DNA of 24,982 bases, taken from positions 1-24,982 of IMG/VR virus record IMGVR_UViG_3300022841_000477. One strand, 5' to 3'. Source of the stretch: a virus. Its lineage: Duplodnaviria > Caudoviricetes. A program made the translations under genes and the position numbers. Within the stretch, counting starts at the first letter, position 1, and every line of letters begins with the position of its first letter. The notes beneath the pieces were generated by a model. The model was not told the DNA's origin and searched no databases. It worked only from the letters and a program-made list of their open reading frames with translations. Below, in pieces: positions 7,803 through 17,192 of the stretch.

Positions 7803-9395
7803 GTGGCCGTAATTCAAATCTCAAAAATCCAGGTCCGTAGAGGACAAAAAAATTCAAACAGTGGAGTTCCGCAACTAAGCTCTGCTGAATTTGCTTGGGC
7901 AGTTGACAGTCAAGAGTTGTTTATTGGTAATGGCAGTGTTCTAGAAGGTGCGCCCTACGTAGGCAACACTAAAATTCTCACAGAGCACGATAACATATTA
8001 GCACTAATATCTAGTTACCAGTTTGCTTCTAACGACACTTCAATCACTCTTAGCGTACCTCGTGGGTTCCAAAGTAAGATTGACGAAATTGAAGTTAGTG
8101 TTATAGACTTCGGTGCAGTTGGTGACGGGTCTACGGATAATGTAACTGCATTTGAAACTGCTGCCACACAGTTATTTAGAAACGCTGATCCAGGCTTTAA
8201 GAAAGTATTAGTAGTTCCAAACGGAGAATACATTTTCTCTAGCGACTTAACACTGCCTAGCGGAATTATCCTTCGAGGAGAAACACAACGTGGCTCAGTA
8301 TTAAACTTTAGCATACATAATATTCTTTTCATAACATCTACAGGACTACAACTAGTAGACTTCTCAAGTGGTGATGATACTACTCGTCCTCAAAATATCA
8401 AGGTAGACAATTTAACAATACAACGCACAACTGGACAGACAGTACTTTCCGGAGTTGCATCTAGTGAATTTACTGAAGTATTGTTTAAAGGCAACTACGA
8501 TATACATACTGATACAGTATCTTCGTTAACTTTAGAACCAGCCGCAGTATTTTGGAATAATAATAAAGCTGGAGTGCTAACTACAGATATTACATTTGAA
8601 TCTTGTATCTTTGAAAATGTCAGCATCGGTGCAAAATGTCGACAAACAGTTGCACCAGTATTAGGTGACCCGACAGGAACTGAGTCAGTTATTAAATTTA
8701 TCAATACTAAGTTTTTTAATAACAATACCAGTGTGTATGTCGAAGGCGAAACCGGACAATTGACCAATTGGAAAATTGATAGTTGTACTTTCGAGGAAAT
8801 TTATGCCAGTACATTTAGATCAATCAACGGCATCAATACACTGTTACAAGATTGCTCATTTAAAAATTGCGGCAACGGAATAGGAACTGCAAGTGCTCCA
8901 GAGACTCCAATAGTTTACTTTGAAGAAAAGACAAACAACAGAGTATTAAATTGCTCTAGTGATCGACAACAAGCGTCATTAAAAGCTAATGCCGCAGTAG
9001 TCGAAGTATACAACGGCGATAAGGTTTCATTTAACGAACGCATTAACTTAGAAATCAAAGTAGTTGACTATGCATCACCATTGGCAGCATTCTCAGCATT
9101 TAACAAGTATATGACTATAAGTTACTTTTTAAATTTGGGAGTGTTTACTAGAACAGGCGAACTAACTCTATTAGTTGGAGACGACCGCTCTGAAGTATCA
9201 ATCACTGATAATTATCAATATTCATCATCGTCAGTAATATCCGAAGGAGGATCTATAATGGCAGCATTAGAATTTTCAGCAGCATTAGCAAGTCCTAATC
9301 TTGACAGTGCAGTTGACACCGTCGTTTTATCCTACCAAAACCCGAACCCGAGTTTTGAAGGTATCATCTCTTTTGATGTTACCTACGGTGTTTAA
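7803..9395 (+). CDS. Tail fibre / structural protein with a pectin-lyase-like beta-helix
   Basis: N-terminal KIQVRRG...AEFAWAVD...LFIGNG module; VSVIDFGAVGDGSTDN beta-helix start; repeating C-x-F-x-N strands; TAAATA at 7768-7773. Confidence 0.7.
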   Translation: MAVIQISKIQVRRGQKNSNSGVPQLSSAEFAWAVDSQELFIGNGSVLEGAPYVGNTKILTEHDNILALISSYQFASNDTSITLSVPRGFQSKIDEIEVSVIDFGAVGDGSTDNVTAFETAATQLFRNADPGFKKVLVVPNGEYIFSSDLTLPSGIILRGETQRGSVLNFSIHNILFITSTGLQLVDFSSGDDTTRPQNIKVDNLTIQRTTGQTVLSGVASSEFTEVLFKGNYDIHTDTVSSLTLEPAAVFWNNNKAGVLTTDITFESCIFENVSIGAKCRQTVAPVLGDPTGTESVIKFINTKFFNNNTSVYVEGETGQLTNWKIDSCTFEEIYASTFRSINGINTLLQDCSFKNCGNGIGTASAPETPIVYFEEKTNNRVLNCSSDRQQASLKANAAVVEVYNGDKVSFNERINLEIKVVDYASPLAAFSAFNKYMTISYFLNLGVFTRTGELTLLVGDDRSEVSITDNYQYSSSSVISEGGSIMAALEFSAALASPNLDSAVDTVVLSYQNPNPSFEGIISFDVTYGV

Positions 9396-9801
9396 TCTAC
9401 ATAATAACGATAGACTAACAGCCTGGAAACACTTTAGAGAAACACTAGAAACTAGCAACACTCCTTTTGAAGATGTTGCTGATCTCTGGGGTCATGCTCC
9501 GTTTGTTAGTCACTATCTAGATCACCAAAATCCTGAAGAATGGCCCGATCCTTGGACACTAATTGCCAATGGAAACTTCGATGAGCTTGCAATTGTAATA
9601 GGCATGCTGTATACTATTAAGTTAACGCAGCGATTTATGAACTCCCAAATTGAGATACATACTTCTACTTCCCCGGAAGAAAAAGATCCTATCTATATGT
9701 TAATAATTGACAACACATATGTTATAAATTACGAATATAGAACAGTTAGCAGCATTGATGTGTTAGAAAAAATTCAAACCAGACTGATGTGGACCAAGTA
9801 A
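9388..9801 (+). CDS. Hypothetical phage protein
   Basis: ORF track 9301..9801; likely start is GTG 9388 (MFNLHNNDRLTAWK), overlapping the upstream stop. Confidence 0.7.
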   Translation: MFNLHNNDRLTAWKHFRETLETSNTPFEDVADLWGHAPFVSHYLDHQNPEEWPDPWTLIANGNFDELAIVIGMLYTIKLTQRFMNSQIEIHTSTSPEEKDPIYMLIIDNTYVINYEYRTVSSIDVLEKIQTRLMWTK

Positions 9802-9841
9802 CATCAATGGTAAATATCAGACAATAAAGATTGAGGCGTAG

Positions 9842-11317
9842 ATGACAACGATTACGGTAATAAAAAGAAGTGGAGCGAAAGAGCCATTGATGATCGAGAA
9901 GTGGCAGGCACAGATCGCAAAAGTATGTAAAGGTATTGCAGATGTCAGTCAGTCAATGATTGAGATTAAAGCGCAATTGCACTTTTACGATAACATAACA
10001 ACAGAAGAAATTGACGGTATCACATTACGTGCTATTGTTGACCTAATCGATGTAGAACAAAATCCCGATGTAGGACATACTAACTATCAATATGTAGCAG
10101 GTAAACAGCGGCTATCAATGTTGAGGAAGAATGTATATGAGTCATATGAAGTTCCCCACCTTTACGAAATTGTAAAGAAGAATGTTGCTGTTGGCCTGTA
10201 CACTAGTGAATTATTAGACTGGTACAGTCAAGACGAGTGGAACAAGATGGATGACATGCTGGATCATGAAAAAGATGAACAGTATGGATATGCAGCCATT
10301 GAACAGTTAATTGAAAAGTACTTGGTACGTAATCGTGCAACAAAGGAAATTTACGAAACTCCACAGATTAGATACATGGTTGCATCTGCTACGATTTTTC
10401 ACAAAGAAGAACCAAGCGGCGCACGTATGCGTTACATCAAAGAATATTACAATGCAGCTAGTGATGGACTCTTTACTCTTGCAACTCCGGTCTTGGCCGG
10501 TTTGGGCACTCCTACTAAGCAATTTAGTAGCTGTGTTCTTATTCGTAGCGATGATGACTTGGATAGTATTTTTGCATCTGGTGAGATGATGGCAAAGTAT
10601 GCTAGCAAACGTGCTGGCATTGGTTTAGAAATTGGACGTCTACGTTCATTAGGTGCCCCGATTCGTGGCGGGGAAATTCAACACACAGGCATGATACCGT
10701 TCTTAAAGAAATGGTTTGGTGATTTGCGTTCATGTTCACAAGGTGGAATTCGTAATGCTAGTGCTACAGTGTTTTATCCTATTTGGCATCATCAGTTTGA
10801 TGATCTTATTGTGCTTAAAAATAATCAAGGCACTGAAGAAACTCGAGTCCGACATATGGATTACGGAGTGGTTCTTTCTGCCTTCTTCTGGAGACGGTTC
10901 AAGAACAAAGAACAAATAACATTCTTTGACCCTAATGAAGTACCTGACTTGTATGAAGCGTTCTACAGAGATACCTCTTTGTTTGAAGAACTGTATGTCA
11001 AGTACGAAAAGCAGAAAGGTCTACGTAAAAAGACTATGAGTGCTGAAGAAGTGTTCAAGAGTGGTATTTTGAAGGAACGCACGGACACAGGTCGAATATA
11101 TCTTGTATTCATTGATAATGTAATGAACCAAGGGCCTTTCAATCCTGAATATCATGCGATTTATCAAAGTAACTTGTGTTGTGAGATTCTATTACCAACC
11201 AAATCATTCAAACGCCTGGATCCAACACGAAAGACAGTTCGTGTTAAAAAAGATAAGGTAGATGAGTTTATGAAAAACAAGTCTAATGATATAGTTAAGA
11301 TCAGAAAGATATCATAG
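9842..11317 (+). CDS. nrdA: Class Ia ribonucleotide reductase alpha subunit, N-terminal piece (NrdA-a)
   Basis: ATP cone (VIKRSG), TPVLAG...FSSCVL, SQGGIRNAS and SNLCCEI; ends in a 31-aa basic tail that is not RNR sequence. Confidence 0.95.
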   Translation: MTTITVIKRSGAKEPLMIEKWQAQIAKVCKGIADVSQSMIEIKAQLHFYDNITTEEIDGITLRAIVDLIDVEQNPDVGHTNYQYVAGKQRLSMLRKNVYESYEVPHLYEIVKKNVAVGLYTSELLDWYSQDEWNKMDDMLDHEKDEQYGYAAIEQLIEKYLVRNRATKEIYETPQIRYMVASATIFHKEEPSGARMRYIKEYYNAASDGLFTLATPVLAGLGTPTKQFSSCVLIRSDDDLDSIFASGEMMAKYASKRAGIGLEIGRLRSLGAPIRGGEIQHTGMIPFLKKWFGDLRSCSQGGIRNASATVFYPIWHHQFDDLIVLKNNQGTEETRVRHMDYGVVLSAFFWRRFKNKEQITFFDPNEVPDLYEAFYRDTSLFEELYVKYEKQKGLRKKTMSAEEVFKSGILKERTDTGRIYLVFIDNVMNQGPFNPEYHAIYQSNLCCEILLPTKSFKRLDPTRKTVRVKKDKVDEFMKNKSNDIVKIRKIS

Positions 11318-11326
11318 TTAAACGTG

Positions 11327-11370
11327 CCTAAAGTACATAGTAATGATAAATAACTACAATGTACTTTAGG
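11327..11370 (+). promoter_or_regulatory. RBS-sequestering hairpin with a late promoter in its loop
   Basis: CCTAAAGTACAT (11327-11338) / ATGTACTTTAGG (11359-11370) form 12 perfect bp; ATAAATA at 11346-11352; SD TAGGA lies in the 3' arm. Confidence 0.85.
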
Positions 11371-11378
11371 AATAATAA

Positions 11379-12110
11379 ATGACTTTTACACCCACGTGGC
11401 TAATGATTAAGAAACATAAAATTACTGGATTGAAATATCTTTGTAAAACTACCGGAAAAGACCCTATAAAATATCTAGGGTCTGGTACTTATTGGAAAAG
11501 GCATCTTAAAGAACACGGCACCGAAGTTGAAACAGTATGGTGTCAATTATTTGAGAACAAAGACCAGATATATCAATTTGCTATTAATTTTAGCAAAGAA
11601 AATAATATTGTAAATGCTAGGAACACAGACGGTGAAAGAATTTGGGCAAACCTAATTGAAGAAAACGGCATTGATGGTGGCGGCAATAAAAATCTTCCAA
11701 TGTCTGCTGAACAAAAAGCAAAACTAACAGATACTTGGGAAATTACTACTCCAACCGGCGAACATTTAATTTTAGAAAATATGTTAGAATTTTGTCGAAA
11801 TAATGGATTAAATGCTAGTGCAATGAGTGCTGTAGCAAGAGGCAATAGAGGACACTATAAAGGATATAAGTGTCGTAAACTTACTAACAACAGAAATGTT
11901 ATATATGAGTTTAAGGAAAAACAATATCTAACAGATAGTGAAAAAAGTAAAATAAACAGTGATGGCGTAAAAAAAGCAAAAAGAGCCAATGCTGACCCAA
12001 AAATAAAATATAATGATGTTACATATAACACATTAGTTGAGGCAATAGATGCAACTGGAATAAGTAGACATCTTTTGATAAAACATGGCAAACTTTTAAG
12101 AAATAACTAG
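11379..12110 (+). mobile_element. Free-standing GIY-YIG/Seg-like homing endonuclease gene inserted in nrdA
   Basis: PTWLMIKKHKITGLKYLCKT...YLGSG.YWKRH resembles the Seg-type N-terminal domain; C-terminal NUMOD-like DNA-binding modules; AT-rich. Confidence 0.8.
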
Positions 12111-12118
12111 GATGAACA

Positions 12119-13135
12119 ATGAACGCATTATATGAAGAGATAGAATGTCTACCGGAAGAACTAGATGACGAATACGAGTATTATGAAATTGATGAAGTCG
12201 AGGGCAGAGTGTCCCTGTGTACCTTGGGATCTATGAACTGGGGAGCGTTCCGGAACCCAGAGGATATGCGTAGAGCTTGTAGAATTCTACATCGTAGCCT
12301 AAATAACATTCTTGACTATCAAGACTTTTTGTCGATACAGAGTAAACTCAGTAACGATGAGATTCGCCCATTGGGCATTGGCATTACTAACCTAGCATAC
12401 TGGCATGCCAAGCGCAGCCTTAAGTACGGTGAGAAAGATGCACTGGCTGAGGTTAAGAGCTGGCAAGAGCACCAGTCATTCTACTTAACAGAAATGTCAG
12501 TTGAACTAGCTAAAGAGCGTGGTAAGTGTTTAGACAGCGACCATACTCGTTACGGTCAAGGAATATTTCCTTGGGAACTACGTGCTAAGGGCGTTAACGA
12601 GTTAACCGACTTTACTCCTGAATTAGATTGGGAAACGTTACGCAAAGAAATGTTAATCCACGGTGTGCGCAATGCTACCAATGGTGCAGTTGCTCCTGTT
12701 GAGTCTAGTTCAGTGGTTATCGACAGTACCAATGGTATTGAAATGCCAATGAGTTTAATTACCACTAAAGAATCAAAAGCAGGATCGTTTACGCAAGTTG
12801 CTCCCGAATATAACAAGTTGAAGAACAAGTATCAGCTGATGTGGGAGCAGAAAGACTGCGTTGGTTACATTAAGACAGCGGCTGTTATTGCGGCCTACAC
12901 TGACCAAAGTATTAGTACTAACACATTCTACAATCCAGCACACTTTCCAAATCGTAAAGTGCCAACTACATTAATTGCCAAGAACTTGATGCAGGCGCAT
13001 ATATGGGGCCTTAAGACCTTCTACTACAGTTTAATTAACAAAGCAGGCAGCAAGATGGCTGCAGACGATGCGCCTACTATGCTAGAACCAATTAACTTTG
13101 ATGACGAGGAAGATTGTTTATCTTGTAAGTTGTAA
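12119..13135 (+). CDS. nrdA: Class Ia ribonucleotide reductase alpha subunit, C-terminal piece (NrdA-b)
   Basis: Own SD (AGGA) and ATG; acidic leader, then GRVSLCTLGS, RPLGIG, APVESSS, DQSIS, LKTFYY and terminal CLSCKL. Confidence 0.95.
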   Translation: MNALYEEIECLPEELDDEYEYYEIDEVEGRVSLCTLGSMNWGAFRNPEDMRRACRILHRSLNNILDYQDFLSIQSKLSNDEIRPLGIGITNLAYWHAKRSLKYGEKDALAEVKSWQEHQSFYLTEMSVELAKERGKCLDSDHTRYGQGIFPWELRAKGVNELTDFTPELDWETLRKEMLIHGVRNATNGAVAPVESSSVVIDSTNGIEMPMSLITTKESKAGSFTQVAPEYNKLKNKYQLMWEQKDCVGYIKTAAVIAAYTDQSISTNTFYNPAHFPNRKVPTTLIAKNLMQAHIWGLKTFYYSLINKAGSKMAADDAPTMLEPINFDDEEDCLSCKL

Positions 13136-13178
13136 ACGGAAAATGTTATACTAATGAAAGTAAAGTAATAGGACATAT

Positions 13179-13256
13179 ATGAATATGATAAAATATTTTA
13201 GGAGTGGATGGATTCCAACTCTTGACACCGACTGGACAAACTATAATGGCTTATAA
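13179..13256 (+). CDS. Possible 25-aa peptide (MNMIKYFRSGWIPTLDTDWTNYNGL)
   Basis: SD AGGA upstream, candidate promoter TTGTAA (13123) 18 nt TATACT (13147), overlaps the SOD start. Confidence 0.3.
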   Translation: MNMIKYFRSGWIPTLDTDWTNYNGL

Positions 13257-13806
13257 TTTTATTAGAAATGTCCTCCTAGAAGGAAAAAAAGACAAATTGT
13301 TTCATTTGCCTTTGCCTTACAAACCTACAGATTTGGCACCTGTCAAGAGCAAAGAAACTCTTGACTATCACTACGGCACTTTGTATAAGGGCTATGTTGA
13401 TCGTTACAACAAAGGCGAAGGCGATGCTGATTTCAATGAAGCCGGCGCATTTCTGCACAACATATACTTTGGTCAATTACATGCACCACAAGGTGCTAAT
13501 AGACCTTACGATGCCAGTTTAGCGTTTATCGAACAGCATTATAAAACCTATGATGCATTCCGAGACCAAGTCGAAACTGTGGCCATGAAGATACAAGGTA
13601 GTGGATGGGTGTACTTGGCACAGGATGGCAAGATCAAAACTATTGTGAACCACGAAGTACGCAATGACATTGTGTTGTTGATTGATTGGTGGGAACATGC
13701 ATGGGCCCTGGACTATCAAGCAGACAAAAAGAAATACTTGCAGAACATCTGGAAGATAATAAACTGGAGAACAATAAATGTCGTACTCAGCCAAAGTAAC
13801 CAATAA
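13246..13806 (+). CDS. sod: Fe/Mn superoxide dismutase
   Basis: LPLPY, TLDYHY, LHNIYF, GSGWVYL and DWWEHAW metal-ligand motifs. Start taken at ATG 13246; the track start is GTG 13204. Confidence 0.9.
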   Translation: MAYNFIRNVLLEGKKDKLFHLPLPYKPTDLAPVKSKETLDYHYGTLYKGYVDRYNKGEGDADFNEAGAFLHNIYFGQLHAPQGANRPYDASLAFIEQHYKTYDAFRDQVETVAMKIQGSGWVYLAQDGKIKTIVNHEVRNDIVLLIDWWEHAWALDYQADKKKYLQNIWKIINWRTINVVLSQSNQ

Positions 13807-13839
13807 ATAAGCGGGTGCGCCAAGATGATAAATATTTGT

Positions 13840-14430
13840 ATGAAAAACAAGTATGGTAATTTTAAACAGTGTTTATTTTGTAAGAGTGAATTTGAAACTC
13901 GTCCACGATTTTTAGATTATTGTTCTCAGAAATGCAAAAACCCGTTGAACCGAGGAGAGTATGAACCATGGAACAAAGGTATCAAACTTACAGAAGAACA
14001 AAAAGCCAAACAGAATACAGAAGGATTAAAGAAAGGGTGGGGCTGGAATAAGGGATTGTCCAGTGAAACACAAAGTCTGAAATGGAAGGGCGAAAATAAT
14101 CCTAACTGGGAAGGTAAGACTAATAATCTAAGACTAAAAAATCCGCAAACTGATTTGTTAAAACTGTATCGAAGCAAAGTCAGGTACGCAACATATAGAA
14201 CCCTTAAAAAAATGAAACAGGCTGGAGAGCAGATACCAACTTGTGGGAAACATCCTACAGACTTGCAATTAGATCACATTATTTCTATAATGCAAGGGTT
14301 TAAGTTAGGAATAGATCCTATATTGTTAGGACAACGAAATAATATACAGTTTATAACGGGTGAAGAGAATCGTCGTAAATGGCATTTTGATCAACCGATG
14401 GAAGTAGTACAATCTATAATAGGAGATTAA
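13840..14430 (+). mobile_element. Free-standing HNH homing endonuclease-like gene
   Basis: N-terminal CxxC...CxxxC, NUMOD3-like PWNKG repeats, C-terminal LDHII...NIQFI...EN.RK. ATG 13840 follows TAAATA; the track start is 13825. Confidence 0.75.
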
Positions 14431-14431
14431 A

Positions 14432-14824
14432 ATGGCTTATTCAGCTGCTGTGGTGGACCATTATGAGAACCCCAGAAATGTAGGAACTCTTAATAAAAAA
14501 GATAGTGATGTAGGTTTTGGACTCGTCGGAGCACCGGCATGCGGTGACCTTTTACAGTTAAGTATTAAAGTTGATCCAGCGACAGATATTATAATTGATG
14601 CAAAGTTCAAGGCATATGGATGTGGCAGTGCAATTGCAAGTTCAAGCCTTGTAACAGAAATGATAAAAGGATTGACATTGGATCAAGCAAGCACTATTAA
14701 AAATAGTCAGATTGCAGAGGAGTTGGCGCTTCCGCCCGTAAAAATTCATTGCAGCATTTTGGCTGAAGATAGTCTTAAAGCAGCAATTTTAGATTACAAA
14801 ACAAAGCAATCAAGGCTGCGATAG
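14432..14824 (+). CDS. iscU: Fe-S cluster scaffold protein IscU
   Basis: DHYENPRNVG, GAPACGD, YGCGSAIASSS and LPPVKIHCS (HscA-binding LPPVK). Confidence 0.97.
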   Translation: MAYSAAVVDHYENPRNVGTLNKKDSDVGFGLVGAPACGDLLQLSIKVDPATDIIIDAKFKAYGCGSAIASSSLVTEMIKGLTLDQASTIKNSQIAEELALPPVKIHCSILAEDSLKAAILDYKTKQSRLR

Positions 14825-15151
14825 ATGATTACCGTAACCGAAACAGCAAGTAAACGAATTAGCCAGAATTTAGAACGCCGTGGCAAGGGTGTGGGTATTC
14901 GAATAGCAGTTAGAACTACTGGTTGCAGTGGATTGGCATATGTGTTAGAATATGTAGACAGCATCGAGTACGAGGAGGGTGTAACAAATTATGCTCAATC
15001 TAAGTTTGCTGTATTAATAAGCACCAAAGATGAACCCTACCTAAACGGAATAGTTGTGGATTGGGTACGCAATGGATTGAATGAGGGGTTTGAATTTACT
15101 AACCCCAACGAGCGTGACCGGTGTGGTTGCGGTGAAAGTTTTAGAGTATAA
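14825..15151 (+). CDS. iscA: A-type Fe-S carrier IscA
   Basis: TTGCSGLAY, GLNEGF.F.NPN and CGCGESF. Confidence 0.95.
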   Translation: MITVTETASKRISQNLERRGKGVGIRIAVRTTGCSGLAYVLEYVDSIEYEEGVTNYAQSKFAVLISTKDEPYLNGIVVDWVRNGLNEGFEFTNPNERDRCGCGESFRV

Positions 15152-15155
15152 AGTA

Positions 15156-15812
15156 ATGTTAGAAACAATATGTGATGTGATGTTAGATGCGTATAAACGC
15201 AATTGGATTACCAGCCGTGACGGCAACGTGAGTATTCGCCATCACGATAGAGACCACTTTTACATTACACCTAGTGGTGTCCGAAAGCAGACTCTGCAAC
15301 CTGATCAGTTTAAAAAGATTGGTATTGATAAAACTATACATAGTGGTCACGGTACTGCTGCCATTAACTATAGCTGGCAAGAGTTACCTTATACTGATAT
15401 TAGTAAGAACTTAACACCAAGCGGTGAGATTCCATTGCACTTTGGCTTACAAAAAGAAATGGGCCAACATGCGGGTGAAGTTCGAGTAGTTGTACATGTA
15501 CATCCTACTTACTGTATTGCAGCAATGCATGCTGGCATTAATTTAAGCACAGTTAGTGATGCGTTTCCAGAACTTAATCGCTATACTCGAGTTGCGCCTA
15601 ATGTAGGAGATGTTGCTCCTATCAGTCAGGAACTTGCAGATCAATGCCACTGGAATTTAGAACTAGATAAAGACGGTAATACTGCCTATGACATCGTAGG
15701 TATCAAAGGACACGGTGTTGTTGCTATTGACACAACACCATGGCGGGCGTATGAACATGTAGAGAGATTGGAACATATTTGCAAAATTGTGTTAGCAAGT
15801 GGAAAATATTAA
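15156..15812 (+). CDS. Class II aldolase/adducin family protein
   Basis: DGNVS, ITPSG, PSGEIPLH, VHVHP and GHGV. Start moved to ATG 15156. Confidence 0.9.
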   Translation: MLETICDVMLDAYKRNWITSRDGNVSIRHHDRDHFYITPSGVRKQTLQPDQFKKIGIDKTIHSGHGTAAINYSWQELPYTDISKNLTPSGEIPLHFGLQKEMGQHAGEVRVVVHVHPTYCIAAMHAGINLSTVSDAFPELNRYTRVAPNVGDVAPISQELADQCHWNLELDKDGNTAYDIVGIKGHGVVAIDTTPWRAYEHVERLEHICKIVLASGKY

Positions 15813-16415
15813 ATGCATCATATCCCTACTACTATCAGCGACCGCAACGCAAAACGATTTACTATGATGCTGCGCTGGGTAGCAGATACATTCTTTCTAA
15901 AACAGTACGGACACAGAGCAGTTGTACTAGAAACAGTAGCAGCCGTGCCTGGCATGGTTGCAGGAATGTGGACGCATCTTAAAAGTCTACGTCAGATGAA
16001 AACAGGATATGGTCCCAAGATTCGAATGTTGTTAGCTGAGGCAGAAAACGAACGTATGCACTTGATGACATTTATTGAAATCGTCAAACCTAATTGGTTT
16101 GAACGTATGTTGGTGCTTGTGGCGCAATTTGTTTTCTGGCATGTGTTCTTGTTCATCTATATATTCTTCCCCCGCACAGCACATAGGATTGTGGGCTATT
16201 TTGAAGAAGAAGCAGTGATCAGTTACACAGATTATCTGGCCCAGGTTGATTCCAATCCAGAGCTCAATGTGCCTGCACCACAATTAGCCATCGATTATTG
16301 GAATTTACCTGTTGACGCTAGACTTAGAGATGTTATAATAGCGGTAAGGGCCGATGAACAAGGACACAGCGAAGTGAACCATGCGTATGCTGACGATTAC
16401 GATACTAAAAAGTAA
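15813..16415 (+). CDS. aox: Alternative oxidase (ubiquinol oxidase, di-iron)
   Basis: LETVAAVPGMV, EAENERMHL, GYFEEEA and RADEQGH. Confidence 0.95.
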   Translation: MHHIPTTISDRNAKRFTMMLRWVADTFFLKQYGHRAVVLETVAAVPGMVAGMWTHLKSLRQMKTGYGPKIRMLLAEAENERMHLMTFIEIVKPNWFERMLVLVAQFVFWHVFLFIYIFFPRTAHRIVGYFEEEAVISYTDYLAQVDSNPELNVPAPQLAIDYWNLPVDARLRDVIIAVRADEQGHSEVNHAYADDYDTKK

Positions 16416-16433
16416 AACAAATTATTTGGAATA

Positions 16434-17186
16434 GTGCGAATGATATTTGAAGAAACAGTCACTGCTGTACATCACTGGAGTGATCGAACTTTCAGTTTAA
16501 GGACTACTAGAAACTCTGCATTTAGATTTAACGCTGGCGAATTTGTATTAATTGGTGTTATGCACGAAGGAAAACGTATTCGCAGAGCCTACAGTATGGT
16601 GAGTCCGCCTTGGAGTGAAGAACTAGAGTTTCTCAGTATTAAAATAGCCGATGGTGCATTGACCAGTCGATTGCAACATATCAAGATAGGCGATCAAGTC
16701 ATTATAGGTGACAAGCCTACTGGCACACTGCGAAATGATGCTTTACTCAAAGGCGGCGAACTATGGTTACTAGCCACTGGCACTGGTCTAGCACCGTTTA
16801 TGAGTCTGATTCAAGACTTGGAAACTTTGGAAACTTGGTCTCGGATTCATTTGGTACACAGCGTAAGAGATGCAGCAGATTTGGCATATCGCCGTGAGTT
16901 GCACACAGCATTCTTGGATCATCACAGATCCGGTGAGCTACATGCCACAATCAAAAGTCTGATGGATTATCAACCTGTGGTTACTGGTCAGGGCGATCCC
17001 AGAATCACGACTCAACTAAGTTCGGGTAAGTTGGCAATAGACCCTGCACAAGACAAAATCATGCTGTGCGGAAACATGGCTTTTAATAAAGAAATCATGC
17101 TGTGGTGTGAACAACAAGGTATGAAAGAAGGCAGTTTGCGTGACCCAGGGCAGTACATAATCGAACGAGCGTTCGTGGATACATAA
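16434..17186 (+). CDS. fpr: Ferredoxin(flavodoxin)-NADP+ reductase, bacterial Fpr type
   Basis: RAYSM, GALTSRL, KPTGTL, ATGTGLAPF, MLCG and terminal ERAFV. Confidence 0.92.
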   Translation: MRMIFEETVTAVHHWSDRTFSLRTTRNSAFRFNAGEFVLIGVMHEGKRIRRAYSMVSPPWSEELEFLSIKIADGALTSRLQHIKIGDQVIIGDKPTGTLRNDALLKGGELWLLATGTGLAPFMSLIQDLETLETWSRIHLVHSVRDAADLAYRRELHTAFLDHHRSGELHATIKSLMDYQPVVTGQGDPRITTQLSSGKLAIDPAQDKIMLCGNMAFNKEIMLWCEQQGMKEGSLRDPGQYIIERAFVDT

Positions 17187-17192
17187 TAAGAT

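Noticed and set aside
11315-12121. TAG recoding joining the nrdA pieces
   Set aside because: Read-through of TAG 11315 meets TAA about 12 codons later, read-through of TAG 12108 meets TGA, and conserved genes are intact under the standard code.
11222-12202. Group I intron interrupting nrdA
   Set aside because: The flanks outside the endonuclease ORF are short and taken up by coding tails and the RBS hairpin. I see no P7-type core, and NrdA-b has its own SD and ATG.
11222-12202. Split intein in nrdA
   Set aside because: The NrdA-a tail does not start with Cys/Ser and the NrdA-b leader has no His-Asn followed by Cys/Ser/Thr. The charge pattern alone is not sufficient.
13222-13247. TTGACA...TATAAT as the sod promoter
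   Set aside because: The spacer is only 14 nt and the -10 box overlaps the start codon.
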